A stretch of DNA of 64,000 nucleotides from an uncultured archaeon (GTDB taxonomy: Archaea; Asgardarchaeota; Lokiarchaeia; Sigyniarchaeales; SOKP01). Below the pieces are notes generated by a model. The model did not search any database. It was given only the letters and a program-made list of their open reading frames with translations, and was not told the DNA's origin. Shown here piece after piece: positions 60,165 to 64,000 of this stretch. Location of the stretch: contig CAZOYD010000011.1 of NCBI GenBank assembly GCA_964583985.1, forward strand, positions 1 through 64,000. The letters run 5' to 3'. Position numbers and translations under genes: made by a program. Positions within the stretch are counted from its first letter, which is position 1. Each line of letters starts with the position of its first letter.

Positions 60165-61520
60165 ATGAAACAGGCTCAATCGAAATTGCCAAACATTATT
60201 ATTATTCTCACTGACCAACAAAGGTTTGACTCACTTGGTTGTTACGGACAAAAGTTGGAAGTTTCTCCTAATTTAGATAAATTAGCAGCAGAGGGAGTTC
60301 AATTTGAATACGCTTTTACAAATCAACCGGTATGTGGTCCCGCAAGATCGATCCTTCAAACGGGGAAATACGCTACTGAGACTGGGTGTTATAGGAATGG
60401 GATTGCTTTGTCTATTGATGAACAAAGCTTAGCAAAGTCTTTTTCTCATGCAGGATATGAAGTCGGATATTTAGGAAAGTGGCATTTAGCTAGTACAACT
60501 GGAAGATCTAAAGAAATGAAACTTGAAAAAGTGAGAAACACGATTACACCCATACCAGAGAATTATAGGGGTGGGTATAAGGACTATTGGCTTGCTTCAG
60601 ATCTCTTAGAATTTACATCTAATGCATTTGAGGGTCATCTCTTTGACAAATTTAATAAACAAATCAATTTTAATGGATATCGAGTCGATTGTTTGACAGA
60701 TCTTGCGTTAGATTTCTTATCATCCCGAAATATTTCAAGACCCCTATTTTTTTTCATCTCATTTTTAGAACCTCATCAACAAAATGATCAAAATGCAATA
60801 ATTGGCCCGATTGGAAGTAATGAAAGGTTTAGTAAATATGACATTCCAGGAGATTTAAAAGGAATAGGAGGAGATTGGAAAAAATTTTATCCAGATTATT
60901 TAGGTTGTTGTAATAGCATAGATCATAATGTGGGTCGTATTGTTAGTAAAGTTAGAGAATTAAATATGGAAGAAAATACGATACTTATTTTTACCAGTGA
61001 TCATGGGTGTCACTTTAGAACAAGAAATGTGGAATATAAACGTTCATGTCACGAAGCATCAATACACATCCCACTTATTATTAATGGCATAAACTTCAAA
61101 GGAGGAAAGCGTATCAATGAGCTTGTAAGTTTAATAGATTTACCACCCACTTTGCTAGATTGTGCTAAAATTCCAATTCCAGAATTTATGAAAGGAAAAT
61201 CATTGCAATATTTATTAAATGAAAATTCAGATGAATGGTCAAAGGATGTATTTATCCAAATAAGTGAGACTCAAGTTGGAAGGGCTATACGAACTCATAG
61301 ATGGAAATACTCAGTAGAAGCTCCAAATAAAGATGGAATTCTATATTCAAAAAGCCAAATATATAGAGGAACATTTCTTTACGATTTAGAAAATGATCCT
61401 TATGAAAAACAGAATCTAATTAATTTACCAGAATATAATGAGATTAAGAAGAAATTAACTTTAAGATTAGTACAAAAAATGATAGAAGCTGGGGAAAAAC
61501 CTCCTAATATTCTTCAATAA
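60165..61520 (+). CDS. Cys-type sulfatase
   Basis: PNIIIILTDQQR, CGPAR (CxPxR), GKWHL, TSDHG, LYDLENDPYE. Confidence 0.92.
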   Translation: MKQAQSKLPNIIIILTDQQRFDSLGCYGQKLEVSPNLDKLAAEGVQFEYAFTNQPVCGPARSILQTGKYATETGCYRNGIALSIDEQSLAKSFSHAGYEVGYLGKWHLASTTGRSKEMKLEKVRNTITPIPENYRGGYKDYWLASDLLEFTSNAFEGHLFDKFNKQINFNGYRVDCLTDLALDFLSSRNISRPLFFFISFLEPHQQNDQNAIIGPIGSNERFSKYDIPGDLKGIGGDWKKFYPDYLGCCNSIDHNVGRIVSKVRELNMEENTILIFTSDHGCHFRTRNVEYKRSCHEASIHIPLIINGINFKGGKRINELVSLIDLPPTLLDCAKIPIPEFMKGKSLQYLLNENSDEWSKDVFIQISETQVGRAIRTHRWKYSVEAPNKDGILYSKSQIYRGTFLYDLENDPYEKQNLINLPEYNEIKKKLTLRLVQKMIEAGEKPPNILQ

Positions 61521-61753
61521 ATTTTCACTGAATTTACCCAATTAAGAAGTAGTTGGATTAAATATAATACGCCCTATTTTCTCTCGATCTTCTTTAGACA
61601 CAGTTAATTGGAAATTAATCTTTTTACAGGTTAAAGACAATTGTAGTTTTAGGAAAAATCCAACAGATTTAATTACTCTATCATCTTACATCATAATTTG
61701 TACAGAAATGTACATATTTATACATTCGAAATCCAAAAAGGTGGAAAAAGAAT

Positions 61754-62077
61754 ATGCCTTATATAGTAGTGACGACTTGGGCTCCACTAGCTAAAGGGAA
61801 ACAAGTCGTAGAAATTTACGCAAAGGTAAGACAGAAGATTCCCGTGGATAAGACTTTAACCAAAGAACTCATCCAAGGGATACTTAAGGTAGAAGGAGAC
61901 AAGTCAAAAAGCATATCCATCAGTAAGGTGAAGGAAGGAATGATGGATAAAGCACTCCTTCGCCAGCAGGAAGCCATGGTCATGTTCCACGACATCGAGG
62001 GATTTGAATACACGATTGACGTGTATTTTGATTTTCCCGAAACCTTTAGCATGCTTGGAATGCAAGCACCTGATTGA
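61754..62077 (+). CDS. Hypothetical protein (107 aa)
   Basis: ATG with AGGTGG SD upstream; visibly more GC-rich than its neighbours. Confidence 0.7.
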   Translation: MPYIVVTTWAPLAKGKQVVEIYAKVRQKIPVDKTLTKELIQGILKVEGDKSKSISISKVKEGMMDKALLRQQEAMVMFHDIEGFEYTIDVYFDFPETFSMLGMQAPD

Positions 62078-62228
62078 ATTGAGTCAATCTGAAACATATC
62101 AATTAAATTATAACTCTTTTTTTTTTAATTACCATATCTTACACCAATTTAAAGTTAATTCATTACTACTCCTTTTATTATTTTCTAAGCGTATCTAAGA
62201 GATTTAGTGGTTAATGCCAAAAAAAGCC

Positions 62229-62342
62229 GTACCAGAATTCATTGATATTAGAAAGGAAGTATCATCATTATTACAATAAAGGATGATAGAAGCGGGCGAA
62301 TTAGCAACAATTATCATTCCTCAAGATCCTTTAGATATTTAA
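62229..62342 (+). pseudogene. Relic of a sulfatase 3' end
   Basis: PEFIDIRKEVSSLLQ*RMIEAGE aligns without gaps to PEYNEIKKKLTLRLVQKMIEAGE of the sulfatase at 60165..61520; internal TAA at 62277-79. Confidence 0.65.
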
Positions 62343-62448
62343 ATTCATCAATGGAAAAAGATTAATAACTTTCTAACCTTAACAAAAAGTAGAATAGCTC
62401 AATTATTTAGAGAAATAATAATAAATTTAACTGAGTTGAGTCAAATTA

Positions 62449-64000
62449 ATGACTGAAATTGATGAACAAAAAACGTTAAAACCAAAGAAAGGAGAACGTT
62501 TAGAGTCATTTAGAAATTTATCAGATATCGAAACTAAACGTTTATACACTCCTGAAGACATTAAAGATTTGAACTATGAGTTGGATTTAGGAGAACCGGG
62601 AAAATTTCCATTTACGCGAGGAGTATATAGAAACATGTATCGGGGTAGATTATGGACGATGCGACAATTTGCAGGTTTTGGTACTGCTGCACAAACCAAT
62701 GAACGTTATAAATTTCTTTTGGAACATGGACAAACTGGTTTAAGTGTTGCTTTCAGCTTGCATACTATTTATGGCTATGAAGCAGATAATGAACATGCTT
62801 TGGGGGAAGTAGGAAAAGAAGGAGTAAGCATAGATACTTTAAAAGACATGGAGACTTTATTCAAGTCCATTGATTTATCTAAGATATCAACTTCAATGAC
62901 TATCAATGCACCTGCATCAATTTTACTTGCAATGTATATAGTAACAGCAGAGAAACAAGGTCATACTCCCGATTTATTAAGAGGAACCATACAAAATGAC
63001 ATACTGAAAGAATACATTGCCCAAAAGTCTTGGATATTTCCTCCTGAACAATCGATGCGTTTAATTGTAGACACTATAGAATATTGTACAAAACACGTGC
63101 CCCAGTGGTACACGATTTCCATAAGCGGATATCACATTAGGGAAGCAGGTTCTACAGCAGTTCAAGAACTCGCTTTCACTCTTGCTGATGGTTTTGCTTA
63201 TGTTGAAGCCGCAATGGATAGAGGGCTCAATGTTGATGATTTTGCTCCACGATTATCCTTTTTCTTTAATGCTCACAATAATTTTTTTGAAGAAATATGC
63301 AAATATAGAGCTGCAAGAAGAATATGGGCCAAACGGATGAAAAATAAATACGGTGCTAAAAAACAAGAATCCCTGCGAATGCGATTCCACACTCAAACTG
63401 CGGGCGTCTCTTTAACAGCTCAAGAGCCAGAAAATAACATTGTGAGAGTAACTTTACAAGGATTAGCGGCGGTATTAGGAGGAACGCAATCACTTCACAC
63501 CAATTCTTTTGATGAAGCTTTATGTTTACCGACTGAAAAAGCAGTAAAAATTGCATTGAGAACACAACAGATAATTGCACACGAATCAGGAGTTGCAGAT
63601 ACGGTTGATCCACTCGCTGGTTCCTATTATGTTGAATCGTTAACAAACAGAATGGAAGAAGAAGCAGAAGCATATTTCGAACAAATTGAGGAACTTGGAG
63701 GAGTAATTCCGGCCATAAAAGCAAACTTCTTTCAAAAGGAAATTGCAAATGCGTCCTACAAGTACCAACAAGAAATTGAAAAAAACCAAAGGATTATTGT
63801 CGGAGTTAATGATTTCCAGTTGCGAGAATCTTGTTCTACCCCACTCTTAAAGATCGATGAACAAGTCTCAAAAGAGCAAATCGATCTCTTAAATAAAATT
63901 AGGAAAGATCGAGATAATGAGATGGTAAAAGCAAAGCTATCGAAATTAAAGATTGCTGCAAAAGGTTCAGAAAACTTAATGCCATATATTATCGAATCTG
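62449..64000 (+). CDS. B12-dependent acyl-CoA mutase large subunit with isobutyryl-CoA mutase signature (partial, runs off the window)
   Basis: Absent from the track because no stop lies in the window; PG.FPFTRG, WTMRQFAGFG, TSMTIN, GTIQNDILKEYIAQK, ISISGYHIREAG, FHTQT, GGTQSLHTN, ALRTQQ. Confidence 0.92.
   Translation, partial: MTEIDEQKTLKPKKGERLESFRNLSDIETKRLYTPEDIKDLNYELDLGEPGKFPFTRGVYRNMYRGRLWTMRQFAGFGTAAQTNERYKFLLEHGQTGLSVAFSLHTIYGYEADNEHALGEVGKEGVSIDTLKDMETLFKSIDLSKISTSMTINAPASILLAMYIVTAEKQGHTPDLLRGTIQNDILKEYIAQKSWIFPPEQSMRLIVDTIEYCTKHVPQWYTISISGYHIREAGSTAVQELAFTLADGFAYVEAAMDRGLNVDDFAPRLSFFFNAHNNFFEEICKYRAARRIWAKRMKNKYGAKKQESLRMRFHTQTAGVSLTAQEPENNIVRVTLQGLAAVLGGTQSLHTNSFDEALCLPTEKAVKIALRTQQIIAHESGVADTVDPLAGSYYVESLTNRMEEEAEAYFEQIEELGGVIPAIKANFFQKEIANASYKYQQEIEKNQRIIVGVNDFQLRESCSTPLLKIDEQVSKEQIDLLNKIRKDRDNEMVKAKLSKLKIAAKGSENLMPYIIES

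Noticed and set aside
63356-63748. 130-aa minus-strand ORF and the many other short antisense or overlapping ORFs in the track (e.g. 640..990, 14737..15057, 48588..49028, 50067..50450)
   Set aside because: They lie opposite or inside well-supported genes and show no motifs; they are shadow ORFs
1-64000. Genome-wide TGA reassignment (Trp/Gly) or pyrrolysine TAG readthrough
   Set aside because: Many full-length genes end in TGA, Trp is encoded by TGG, and no gene was seen to be interrupted by TAG

Overview
AT-rich archaeal chromosomal window, most consistent with Asgard archaea of the Lokiarchaeia type. Evidence: archaeal uL16/L10e, cupin PGI, Rag-like and MglA-like GTPases, an arrestin-like protein and a eukaryote-type SECIS. 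The main hidden system is at 13132-15592 (- strand), which the ORF track breaks into fragments or misses. It is a 647-aa HdrA with three in-frame TGA codons and a 149-aa MvhD/VhuD with two. All five TGAs align with conserved Cys of cysteine paralogs further down the same cluster, and one AUGA/GA SECIS-like hairpin starts 1 nt after the mvhD stop. These selenoprotein genes head a ~13 kb hdrA-mvhD-frhB-frhB-hdrD-hdrA-mvhD-(hdrA) cluster with no hydrogenase. Three genes appear to need non-ATG/GTG/TTG start codons. Other content: a sugar/polyol catabolic operon followed by an atypical glycyl-radical enzyme and its activase, a GH94-like phosphorylase, sulfotransferases, a sulfatase plus a sulfatase relic, a HEPN-MNT pair, an acyl-CoA synthetase homolog lacking the phospho-His loop, and an isobutyryl-CoA-mutase-type gene running off the right end. 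No rRNA, tRNA, CRISPR array or transposase was recognised. All calls come from manual motif reading, not database searches.
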